This document shows positions 1 to 8,634 of a stretch of 24,000 nucleotides of DNA, piece after piece. The translations under genes and the position numbers were made by a program. The stretch is from the NCBI GenBank assembly GCA_030425285.1, contig JAUIAY010000001.1, positions 396,963 through 420,962 of the forward strand, read 5' to 3'. The DNA is from Bacteroidia bacterium (GTDB lineage: Bacteria > Bacteroidota > Bacteroidia > Flavobacteriales > Flavobacteriaceae). Each line of letters begins with the position of its first letter. The first letter of the stretch is position 1. Under the pieces are notes generated by a model. It was given only the letters and a program-made list of their open reading frames with translations. It did no database searches and was not told the DNA's origin.

Positions 1-335
1 AACAAGCTGAAATTAGAGCAGCTGTGGATGGCTTTAATGCAACTATTCAAGCTGCTGCCAGTCAAACAGGACTTGCTTTTGTGGATGCTAATGCTTTATT
101 ATCTGAATTAAACAGCACTGGAATTGCTTCAGGGAGTTTTGTTTTAACTTCTGAATTGGTTACAGGAGGCATGTTTTCTCTTGACGGTGTACACTTAACA
201 TCAAGAGGATATGCCGTTGCTGCCAATGAGTTTATGAAAGCTATCGATGCTACTTATGGTTCAAATTTTGAGGCATCTGGAAATTTAGTGAATGTTGGAG
301 AATACCCAACAAATTACTCACCTACGCTTCAATAA
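1..335 (+). CDS. SGNH/GDSL-family hydrolase (esterase/lipase-like), C-terminal fragment; the 5' end lies left of the window
   Basis: The frame is open from base 3 to the TAA at 333-335. The GTG at 24 in the ORF track is only the first start-like codon. 'SLDGVHLTSRGYAVAANEFMKAI' fits the SGNH block V D-x-x-H catalytic context. A hairpin terminator follows. Confidence 0.55.
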   Translation, partial: QAEIRAAVDGFNATIQAAASQTGLAFVDANALLSELNSTGIASGSFVLTSELVTGGMFSLDGVHLTSRGYAVAANEFMKAIDATYGSNFEASGNLVNVGEYPTNYSPTLQ

Positions 336-356
336 ATTAAGCAGAAAAATATTACT

Positions 357-387
357 AAAACGCCTTCAAATTGAGGGCGTTTTTTTA
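357..387 (+). terminator. Rho-independent terminator after the SGNH hydrolase gene
   Basis: The stem ACGCC(ttcaaattgag)GGCGT (360-380) is followed by T7 (381-387) and preceded by an A-run. Confidence 0.75.
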
Positions 388-414
388 TGCTTAAAAAACC
401 CATAAAAATTACTG

Positions 415-442
415 TTGTTTTTAAATTAAAATAATATCTTTG
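415..442 (+). promoter_or_regulatory. Candidate Bacteroidota sigma-A promoter for atpDC (TTG -33-like element plus TATCTTTG -7 box)
   Basis: TATCTTTG at 435-442 matches the Bacteroidetes -7 consensus TAnnTTTG. TTG at 415-417 lies 17 nt upstream. It sits 62 nt before the atpD ATG. A 7-bp hairpin GAAAAAC-gaggt-GTTTTTC (449-467) would lie at the 5' end of the transcript. Confidence 0.5.
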
Positions 443-474
443 CAGCGCGAAAAACGAGGTGTTTTTCAGAATAA

Positions 475-2013
<1,539 letters not shown>

Positions 2014-2022
2014 AACTAGTAG

Positions 2023-2087
2023 GCAGTTTGCAGTCGCAGTTTGCAGTCATGCTGCTGAGTACTGAATACTGAATACTGAACACTGAA
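2023..2087. repeat. Two short tandem repeat blocks in the atpD-atpC spacer: (GCAGTTTGCAGTC)x2 and (TACTGAA)x3 + CACTGAA
   Basis: A perfect 13-bp tandem duplication lies at 2023-2035 and 2036-2048. Four 7-bp units lie at 2060-2087. The four CAGT cores on the left are complementary to the four ACTG cores on the right. Confidence 0.9.
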
Positions 2088-2092
2088 AAAAT

Positions 2093-2386
2093 ATGTATTT
2101 AGAAATTGTATCTCCAGAAGCAACTTTATTTAGTTCAGAAGTAGATTCTGTAGTTGTACCTGGTGTCAATGGTGAATTTGAAATGTTAAAAGACCACGCA
2201 CCTATTGTGTCGCTTTTAAAAGAAGGTACTGTTAAGATTCATACACATACGCAAAGTCATTTGGTTTTTGATGAACTTCATGCTAGCATTGTTCCACATA
2301 ATGACAATGACAAAATTTTGACTTTAAAAATCAATTCAGGAACTCTTGAAATGAAAGATAATAAGGTAATTATTTTAGCAGATTAA
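2093..2386 (+). CDS. atpC: F0F1 ATP synthase subunit epsilon, short form (beta-sandwich domain only)
   Basis: The 97-aa product has the N-terminal region 'LEIVSPEATLFSSEVDSVVVPGVNGEFEMLKDHAPIVSLLKEGTVKI', which aligns with the E. coli epsilon N-terminal domain. It ends at '...VIILAD', equivalent to E. coli '...VTVLAD'. The gene lies immediately downstream of atpD. Confidence 0.9.
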   Translation: MYLEIVSPEATLFSSEVDSVVVPGVNGEFEMLKDHAPIVSLLKEGTVKIHTHTQSHLVFDELHASIVPHNDNDKILTLKINSGTLEMKDNKVIILAD

Positions 2387-2410
2387 ATTTCACAATGCTA
2401 CTAAAAATAA

Positions 2411-2442
2411 AAAACGCCTAATTTTTTAAATTAGGCGTTTTT
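2411..2442. terminator. Bidirectional rho-independent terminator shared by convergent atpC (+) and the MFS gene (-)
   Basis: The stem AACGCCTAATTT / AAATTAGGCGTT has a 3-nt loop. It is flanked by an A-run on the left and a T-run on the right, so it works on either strand. Confidence 0.8.
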
Positions 2443-2459
2443 ATATTATGCGCTAAATT

Positions 2460-4118
2460 TTAATTTGTTTGGCTTTTCAAAATACCCTGCACACGTTGTG
2501 CAAAAAACACCAAATACAGGAAACAAGCTGCCGCAACCCAATAAGAAGGGTGTATGCCAATAACATCTGCTAATTTACCTTGTATTGGCGGAATAATAGC
2601 TCCTCCTAAAATCATCATTATTAAAAACGATGATCCTTGTGATGTATACTTTCCTAAGCCTTGAATACTCAAAGCAAAAATACAAGGCCACATAATAGAG
2701 CAAAACAAACCCCCACTAATAAGTGCAAATAAGGCTAATTTTCCAGTTGTAAACAAACCTATTAAGATCGCAACAACACCTAAAAGACCAAATATTTTTA
2801 GTGTTAGTGCTGGTTTTTCCTTGCCCAAAAAGAAACCTCCAATTTGAATGGCAATACAAATGGCAAACAAAAACAAACTACTTACATCAAACCCTGATAT
2901 ATAATTTACAAATAAAACGACTCCAAAAGCAACATAAGGCACAATAATATATAGCCATGTTTTCCATTTATCGGCTGGATTGAAGACGGCAATAGCTCCT
3001 GCCCAACGCCCTATCATAAGTCCTCCCCAATACAATGAAATTAATGGTGCTATTTGGGAATCGCTCATGGCTGGCATCCCTAACGCGTTATAATCTATTC
3101 CATTTACCGTTTCAGTTACATATTTTAAAAGTTCTCCCAAATTACTTTGTATGGTTACCTCAACACCTACATAGGTAAAAATAGCCAACATACCAAGTAC
3201 CAATTGTGGATAACGCATAGCGCCCCAACCTTCTTGATTTTTTCTTGCCAACAAATTAGAAGTCAACAATACGCCTACGACTACCAATAGCCCAACAACA
3301 GATAGTTTTAATATAAAATCATTGTCAGGTGTTCCCTTATACTGATTAAAAATTAGATAAAAGCAAACTACTAGTAATAGAGTCATAACACTTAAAGCCC
3401 CAACCGCTTTAGGAGATTTAATGATTTCCGGATTGGCTTTACCCTGCGGTAATTTCTTTGAGAAGTAGAACAAGGCAGCAGCAGCCAAGAATAACCCTCC
3501 TACTGCCAAATATAAATATTGAACTGTTGACAAAGTGATTGTTTGATTAGCTATCATTTCTTTTAATTCGGGACCAGACTTTGGTGTTGATCCAAATAAA
3601 ATCAAGGCAATCACAATTGGGCCAATAGTTGTTCCAAAAGAATTTACTCCTCCAGCTAAATTTAATCGATGTGCTCCTTTTTCAGGGTCGCCCAATGCAA
3701 CAGCAAATGGGTTGGCAGCTGTTTGTTGTAAAGAAAACCCGAGCCCAACAATAAACAAGGCTCCCAAAACATAATAAAAGATGTTAGAGTCACCAGGTTG
3801 AGCGCCTTCAATAGCCGGAAACATAACCACAGCCCCTAGAGCACTTAATAGCAAACCATAAATAATGCCATTTTTATAACCCCAACTATTCATAATGTCT
3901 TTCCCTTTTGTATTTGATGCCACAAATAGAAAAAGAGCTCCAAAATAATAAGCCCCATAAAAAGCAAAGTCTACCAATTGCGATTGGAATTGGTCAATTT
4001 CGAAATAGGTTTTACAAAATGGTATAAAAACACCATTGGATGCGGCAATAAAGCCCCAAAAGAAAAACACTGTAACCAAAGTGTACAGTGCTTGTTTATA
4101 GTTTTGTTGTTCAGTCAT
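2460..4118 (-). CDS. MFS sugar:H+ symporter, FHS family (fucose/glucose/galactose permease-like)
   Basis: The 552-aa product is polytopic. '[32 protein letters not shown]' corresponds to E. coli FucP 'ETAANPFVTVLGPESSGHFRLNLAQTFNSFG'. '[39 protein letters not shown]' corresponds to FucP 'IFSLGIKNLGQDTKYGSSFIVMTIIGGGIVTPVMGFVSD'. Substrate cannot be assigned. Confidence 0.85.
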   Translation of the reverse strand: MTEQQNYKQALYTLVTVFFFWGFIAASNGVFIPFCKTYFEIDQFQSQLVDFAFYGAYYFGALFLFVASNTKGKDIMNSWGYKNGIIYGLLLSALGAVVMFPAIEGAQPGDSNIFYYVLGALFIVGLGFSLQQTAANPFAVALGDPEKGAHRLNLAGGVNSFGTTIGPIVIALILFGSTPKSGPELKEMIANQTITLSTVQYLYLAVGGLFLAAAALFYFSKKLPQGKANPEIIKSPKAVGALSVMTLLLVVCFYLIFNQYKGTPDNDFILKLSVVGLLVVVGVLLTSNLLARKNQEGWGAMRYPQLVLGMLAIFTYVGVEVTIQSNLGELLKYVTETVNGIDYNALGMPAMSDSQIAPLISLYWGGLMIGRWAGAIAVFNPADKWKTWLYIIVPYVAFGVVLFVNYISGFDVSSLFLFAICIAIQIGGFFLGKEKPALTLKIFGLLGVVAILIGLFTTGKLALFALISGGLFCSIMWPCIFALSIQGLGKYTSQGSSFLIMMILGGAIIPPIQGKLADVIGIHPSYWVAAACFLYLVFFAQRVQGILKSQTN

Positions 4119-4174
4119 TGTATTAGTTAGTTAATTTTAATGACTGTAAGATAGTATTTTTTAATTAATAGTTT

Positions 4175-4600
4175 TTATTCTGGATAGAGCCTATATGTAA
4201 AAACTTTATGAATAATTTTCCACTGTCCATGCACTTTAAGCAACATAAGGTAATCTGTATAGATGCGTTTGCTTCTTGGCATTAAAATTTCAATTTTGGC
4301 TATTGCTGCATTGCCTTCAAAATCAATATTTACAATTCTTCCTATACGATTACTTTTTTTTCCTGGCTCAATATTTCCAATATAATCTTTTCCAAACCAA
4401 GTTACTAAACTATCATTTTTAACATGATATAAGTTTAAATCTTCATGAAAAGCTTTGCTAACCTTTTCAGGCTCTCCGTTTGCAGTACCCTCTAAGTAGT
4501 TTAACAGACAAGCTTCAATCTTTTCGAATTCTGTTTGAGCTATTACGTTTTGTAATACAAATAGCATTAGAATTAACAAGAAATTTGTTCTCATAATCAT
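4175..4600 (-). CDS. Secreted NTF2-like (SnoaL/putative lumazine-binding-type) protein
   Basis: The 141-aa product has the signal peptide 'MIMRTNFLLILMLFVLQNVIA|QTE'. The mature part is a paralog of the N-terminal domain of the upstream ORF. Its start overlaps the upstream stop (ATGA at 4597-4600). The family assignment rests on a remembered motif pattern ('NYLEG...AFHED..LY'). Confidence 0.6.
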   Translation of the reverse strand: MIMRTNFLLILMLFVLQNVIAQTEFEKIEACLLNYLEGTANGEPEKVSKAFHEDLNLYHVKNDSLVTWFGKDYIGNIEPGKKSNRIGRIVNIDFEGNAAIAKIEILMPRSKRIYTDYLMLLKVHGQWKIIHKVFTYRLYPE

Positions 4601-5712
4601 ATTTTTGTTTCCGTATTTATAAGTTTTATAATCTCTTCAGTTAATTTATTCACTGATTGTGGGTTTTGTCCGGTAATCAATCGCCCATCTACCTCAACAT
4701 GTTCTTTTTGTGGTTCAGAAAAGAAAAATTTCCCTCCATGATTTTCAACGGTCTCTCGTATTAAAAAAGGGAATGTCTTAAAATAAGCTTTGCTCTTATT
4801 CTCATGATCTTCTGGAAAACCATTCACCCGTTTTCCGTTTACCAAATACTTTCCATCGGAAGTTTTTAGATGTACTATTCCTGCTGTGCCATGGCAAACA
4901 GCGCCTATCACACCCTGTTGATCTTCATAAATATTAACAGCAATCTTTTGAATTTTTGAATCTATAGGCGTATCAAACATAGCACTACCGCCTCCAACAT
5001 AATAAATAGCCTTATAGTTTTTAGGATTTATTTGTTCTGGTTTTTTGGTTTGTTTTAATGCGTACATTAAATCATGGTCATATAAATATTCTTTTTGTAG
5101 TAGATCAGATGTGTTTAAATACATAAGTGGAATGGCTCCTCCCTTCGGGCTCACAAAATCTATATTTATTCCTGCTTCAGAGAAGGCTTTATAGGCAATT
5201 ATAATTTCATCAAAACTATTACCAGTTGGGATGCTGGTCGTTGGATAAAAATCGACATTAGATACTACAAACAATACTTTATTGCCTGTTTCATTCGCAT
5301 CCTCTCTTGTTGCTGTCTTGCTAATGATTTTCCATTGATCATTTATCTTCTTTAACAGGAATAAATCTGTATATCGCCAATTTCGTGAAGGAATTAAAAT
5401 TTCTGCTTTAGCTGTGGCAATATCCTCTTTGACATCTATTGTTAATATTTGACCGTACCGCCCATTAAACTCTCCTGGTTTGCTATTACTAAAAAAGGAA
5501 ATATATTCTTTTGGTGAATAGACCTTAAACCCATCTTTACCTGTAAGATATAATGTTGCATTTTCAGCAAAAGCATTTTCTAACATTTCTAACTTGTTAT
5601 AAGAACTTCCTTCAATATAATTTTGAAGTGTTCTTTCTACTAAACCTTGCTCTGTTTGTGCCGTTGCTAATTGAAAAATAATTCCGAATAATAGGATACA
5701 AAATTGTTTCAT
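4597..5712 (-). CDS. Secreted fusion protein: N-terminal NTF2-like domain plus C-terminal DJ-1/PfpI/Hsp31-like (class I glutamine amidotransferase-like) domain
   Basis: The 371-aa product has the signal peptide 'MKQFCILLFGIIFQLATA|QTE'. An NTF2-like segment follows ('LQNYIEGSS...AFAENATLY...AKAEILIPSRNWRYTDLFLLKKINDQWKIISK'). The C-terminal part carries 'YYVGGGSAMFD' and the nucleophile elbow 'IGAVCHGTAGIV', typical of DJ-1/Hsp31-type proteins. Confidence 0.7.
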   Translation of the reverse strand: MKQFCILLFGIIFQLATAQTEQGLVERTLQNYIEGSSYNKLEMLENAFAENATLYLTGKDGFKVYSPKEYISFFSNSKPGEFNGRYGQILTIDVKEDIATAKAEILIPSRNWRYTDLFLLKKINDQWKIISKTATREDANETGNKVLFVVSNVDFYPTTSIPTGNSFDEIIIAYKAFSEAGINIDFVSPKGGAIPLMYLNTSDLLQKEYLYDHDLMYALKQTKKPEQINPKNYKAIYYVGGGSAMFDTPIDSKIQKIAVNIYEDQQGVIGAVCHGTAGIVHLKTSDGKYLVNGKRVNGFPEDHENKSKAYFKTFPFLIRETVENHGGKFFFSEPQKEHVEVDGRLITGQNPQSVNKLTEEIIKLINTETKI

Positions 5713-5788
5713 TTTTAAGTGTTTTTTAAATTTTGTGTAAACTTCTAAAAATGAAAAAAAGAACCCTAAAATTTAATGGTGAGATAAG

Positions 5789-5808
5789 TCCAGAATTATA
5801 ATTCTGGA
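5789..5808. repeat. Perfect 20-bp palindrome TCCAGAATTA|TAATTCTGGA in the spacer between the AraC gene and the NTF2-DJ-1 gene
   Basis: I read it directly: the reverse complement of TCCAGAATTA is TAATTCTGGA. It lies 8 nt after the AraC-type gene stop and 77 nt upstream of the next gene's ATG. On the minus (transcribed) strand it has no 3' U-tract. Confidence 0.9.
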
Positions 5809-5815
5809 AAAACTT

Positions 5816-6856
5816 TTAAGAAGATGCTTGTTTTTTATACTCAGCAGGCGTAGTACCAATTATTTTTTTAAACGCTGCATAAAAAGTTGATTTAGAAGAA
5901 AATCCAGCTTCATAACCAATAGCTTCCAAAGTGAATTGATGGTTGTTTTCTATTAGTTTTTTAGCTTCTTTAATCCTAAACTCATTAATGAACTGATTAA
6001 AGGTTTTGTTTAAATTGTTATTTAAAAATTGAGATAATTGATGTGATGTCACCTCTATTTCATTAGCCAAATCATTCAACTTTAAATTAGAATTTTTAAA
6101 TAGTGCTTTTTCTTCAAAAAGAGCGTCAAGCTTTTCTGATATATCATGAGCTTCGGTATCCGTGATGGTTTTGTTATTATATTTTATAAGTTCTTCAAAA
6201 AATAACACAGAGTTCTTTTTGTTTAAAATCCATAGTAAACATGAAATATAAAAAACGAACGAAAATGATAGTGCCCCAACAATATAAGATGTGTACCACG
6301 ATGTTTTATATGCTATCCAAATTAAAGCAACACCAAAAGTTAAATTTAACAGCCATAATTCCTTCTTTGATAATTTTTCTTCTTTATTGAAGACCTTTAA
6401 GACAGTTTCTTTCAATAGATATATAGATAATACAACATATATGAGCCATTGTGTGTAAATTCCTTTTCCTATTATTATCCCCCAAGCCGTAGATTGTCTT
6501 TCATAAGGATAGACATTGAAAAGCAGTATTAAAACTGCTGTTACTGGAAGCACATGCCATATCCAACCCCACTTGTTCTGTTTATTTTCAGAAGTGGATG
6601 CGTAAATATAGAGATACAAAAAAGGGCCTATAAGCGCACAAGCAATTAGCCCAATTTGAATGAACCAAACCAAAGAAGATTGATAGCTAAAATATAAAAA
6701 TGCCGATTTGGTTATACGAACACTAATTACCGCTATTAATGCTGCCAAAAAATAGGTTGCTTTACTTTTTTGCTTAACAAAAAAAGCAAAATAAATACTT
6801 AAAAAAAGCCCATTTAAGCCTCCTATCGCACTTAATAAAAACAGTAAATTATTCAC
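5816..6856 (-). CDS. Membrane-anchored AraC/XylS-family transcriptional regulator (about 7 TM helices plus a C-terminal HTH)
   Basis: The 346-aa product starts at a GTG. The N-terminal ~210 aa consist of about 7 hydrophobic helices (e.g. 'LLFLLSAIGGLNGLFLSIYFAFFV', 'FIQIGLIACALIGPFLYLYIYA', 'YIVGALSFSFVFYISCLLWIL'). The C-terminal region has the AraC signature 'LNDLANEIEVTSHQLSQFLNN...FTLEAIGYEAGFSSKSTFYAAFKKIIGTTPAEYKK'. Confidence 0.85.
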   Translation of the reverse strand: MNNLLFLLSAIGGLNGLFLSIYFAFFVKQKSKATYFLAALIAVISVRITKSAFLYFSYQSSLVWFIQIGLIACALIGPFLYLYIYASTSENKQNKWGWIWHVLPVTAVLILLFNVYPYERQSTAWGIIIGKGIYTQWLIYVVLSIYLLKETVLKVFNKEEKLSKKELWLLNLTFGVALIWIAYKTSWYTSYIVGALSFSFVFYISCLLWILNKKNSVLFFEELIKYNNKTITDTEAHDISEKLDALFEEKALFKNSNLKLNDLANEIEVTSHQLSQFLNNNLNKTFNQFINEFRIKEAKKLIENNHQFTLEAIGYEAGFSSKSTFYAAFKKIIGTTPAEYKKQASS

Positions 6857-6862
6857 TTTTAC

Positions 6863-7303
6863 CTATACCTTTTTAATTACGTTAGTCACAATACCCCAAA
6901 TAACGAACTCATTTTCTTCGGTTATTCTTATAGGTTCATAATTAGTGTTTTCAGGTTGTAGCCAAACACCATCCTTTTCTACTCGCAATCGCTTTACTGT
7001 GAATTCGCCGTCTAAAAAACAAACAGCTATTTTATTGTTTTCAGGTTCTAAACTTCTATCAATAACCAATAAATCATTATCTTCTAATCCTGCATCTATC
7101 ATGCTCTGCCCGGAAACTCGAGCATAAAATGTTGACAGTTTATTCTTAACCAACATCTCATCCAATGACAAACGCTCTTCCTTAAAATCTTCAGCTGGTG
7201 ATGGAAATCCTGCTGAAATTCCTGCGTCAACAAAAAGTGCTCCAGAATCATCTAAAAACTCTGGAATGAAAAAAGTCAATTTTTGGGGTTCTTTTACTAG
7301 CAT
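6863..7303 (-). CDS. umuD: UmuD-like S24 peptidase (translesion polymerase V accessory subunit)
   Basis: The 146-aa product has 'ISAGFPSPAEDF' (E. coli UmuD 'VQCGFPSPAADY', cleavage site A|G), the catalytic Ser in 'VSGQSMIDAG', and the Lys in 'GEFTVKRL'. Its ATG overlaps the umuC stop. Confidence 0.9.
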   Translation of the reverse strand: MLVKEPQKLTFFIPEFLDDSGALFVDAGISAGFPSPAEDFKEERLSLDEMLVKNKLSTFYARVSGQSMIDAGLEDNDLLVIDRSLEPENNKIAVCFLDGEFTVKRLRVEKDGVWLQPENTNYEPIRITEENEFVIWGIVTNVIKKV

Positions 7304-8556
7304 TTTATCTTTATTATATCGTTAACATTGGTTGTGTATCTTGGAGATAAGCGTTCTTGTCGCATTTTCCATGTGCGTTCCAAGTCTTGACTGCCTAGTT
7401 TTATTTTATCTGCATGGTATTTTTGATTGATATGATCTATTGCGGACATTAATGGTTTATGTTTAGGGTTTTCGCGCTCAAACATATCCAGTTGATAGTT
7501 ATCCCTTGGTACAATTCCAGCCACGATAACTCCTGCTCGTTTATACTTGACTCCTGGTTTAAAAATAGCATCTACAGCTTTTACGGCTCCGCTACTTATT
7601 GTTAATGATGAGTCTGTGGGAAATGGCAAACAAATATGTTTGCTGGCTCGATGTTGTTCTAAATCTTTTTTATGCCTATCGCTGCTTAAGGTTACAATAA
7701 TCACATGACAATAGGACTCTTGTTTTCTTAATTTTTCAGCACAAGTAGTCGCAAAGGTAGACACACGCTCTTTTATATAATTGATATCATCATAGGTATA
7801 ATCAAAACTTCTGGTGGTTGCAATGGCTCGTTTATTCTTTGGTTCATCTAAAAGTATTTTTGGATTTCCTTCCAAATCTTTTTTCAATTTCCATTCTGTA
7901 ATAGAAAATGTTCTACGTACCCAATCATCTGACAGTTGCGTAAAATCATAAGCTGTCTTACAACCTTTTGCTTTTAGTCGTTTTGCCAGACGGTAGCCAA
8001 TGCCCCAAACAGCATCAATTTTTATCCACTTTAAAGCTTTTAAACGACTCTCTTCAGAATCTATCACATAGACACCCTTGGTTTCATTGGGGAATTTTCT
8101 AGCGATCTTATTGGCTACTTTGCTCAAAGCTTTTGTTGGAGCAATACCCACACAGGTTGGAATACCTGTCCATTTTAAAATCCGCTTTCGTATTTGATTT
8201 CCGTAATCATTAAAATCGTAATTTTCGAAACCTTTAAATTGCAAAAACGCTTCGTCTATACTATACACTTCAACATCTGGTGTGAATTGGTGAAGTATCC
8301 CCATAACACGAGAGCTCATATCACCATACAGGGGATAATTGGAGGATAGTACCTGAATATTATTTACTTTACAAAAACCTTCCCATTTAAAAATTGGTGC
8401 GCCAAATGGCAGCTCAATAGCTTTAGCTTCATCGCTCATAGAGATAACACAGCCGTCATTATTGCTCAAAATAGCAACTGGTTTCTCTTGCAAATTAGGA
8501 TTAAAAACCCGTTCACAAGAGGCGTAAAAATTATTACAATCAACTAAAGCATACAT
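7297..8556 (-). CDS. umuC: UmuC-like Y-family DNA polymerase (Pol V catalytic subunit)
   Basis: The 419-aa product starts '[38 protein letters not shown]' (E. coli '[38 protein letters not shown]'). It also has 'YSIDEAF' and 'VWGIG', and the C-terminal '[20 protein letters not shown]' matches E. coli 'WQMKRAMLSPRYTTRSSDLL'. Confidence 0.95.
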   Translation of the reverse strand: [419 protein letters not shown]

Positions 8557-8601
8557 GTGTATAAAGATAAAACAAAACCAGTATTTATAATATGTGATTA
8601 T

Positions 8602-8609
8602 TATATTTG
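8602..8609 (+). promoter_or_regulatory. Candidate -7 promoter box (TATATTTG) for the bio operon
   Basis: It matches TAnnTTTG exactly and lies 25 nt upstream of the bioF ATG, in the divergent umuC/bioF spacer. I found no clear -33 TTG. Confidence 0.4.
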
Positions 8610-8634
8610 TTATATAAATTTCTCATTTTAATAA

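Noticed and set aside
2049-2072. A seven-codon mini-ORF (ATG CTG CTG AGT ACT GAA TAC TGA) in the atpD-atpC spacer.
   Set aside because: It is a by-product of the repeat sequence, too short to evaluate, and has no supporting context.
2460-4118. I considered the MFS gene as an efflux component of a putative electrophile-stress cluster with the DJ-1/NTF2 and umuCD genes.
   Set aside because: Its motifs place it in the FHS sugar:H+ symporter family (FucP/GluP-like importers), and a 56-bp spacer separates it. It is more likely an independent sugar-uptake gene.
4354-4361. A T8 (A8 on the coding strand) homopolymer inside the 141-aa NTF2-like gene, considered as a possible phase-variation tract.
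   Set aside because: Runs of this length are common in AT-rich genomes (it encodes Lys-Lys). A single tract with no supporting population data is not evidence of phase variation.
6857-6865. The umuD-like and AraC-type ORFs are in the same frame, separated only by TAG plus two codons. This raised the possibility of stop-codon read-through producing a fusion protein.
   Set aside because: Sharing a frame has a one-in-three chance. There is no read-through context or downstream structure, and the GTG start with a typical N-terminal TM helix explains the second ORF. I note it only as part of the operon finding.
6945-7127. A 60-aa plus-strand ORF inside the umuD-like gene.
   Set aside because: It is antisense to a motif-supported CDS, has no recognisable features or upstream promoter box, and is short.
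8557-8634. A search of the umuC/bioF divergent spacer for an SOS (LexA) box or a BirA operator. Only TATAATA-N6-TATTATA (8586-8605) is symmetric.
   Set aside because: No CTGT-N8-ACAG, GAAC-N4-GTTC or TGTnAAC...GTTnACA-like site is present. The one inverted repeat is pure A/T and easily arises by chance in this composition, so I do not call it an operator.
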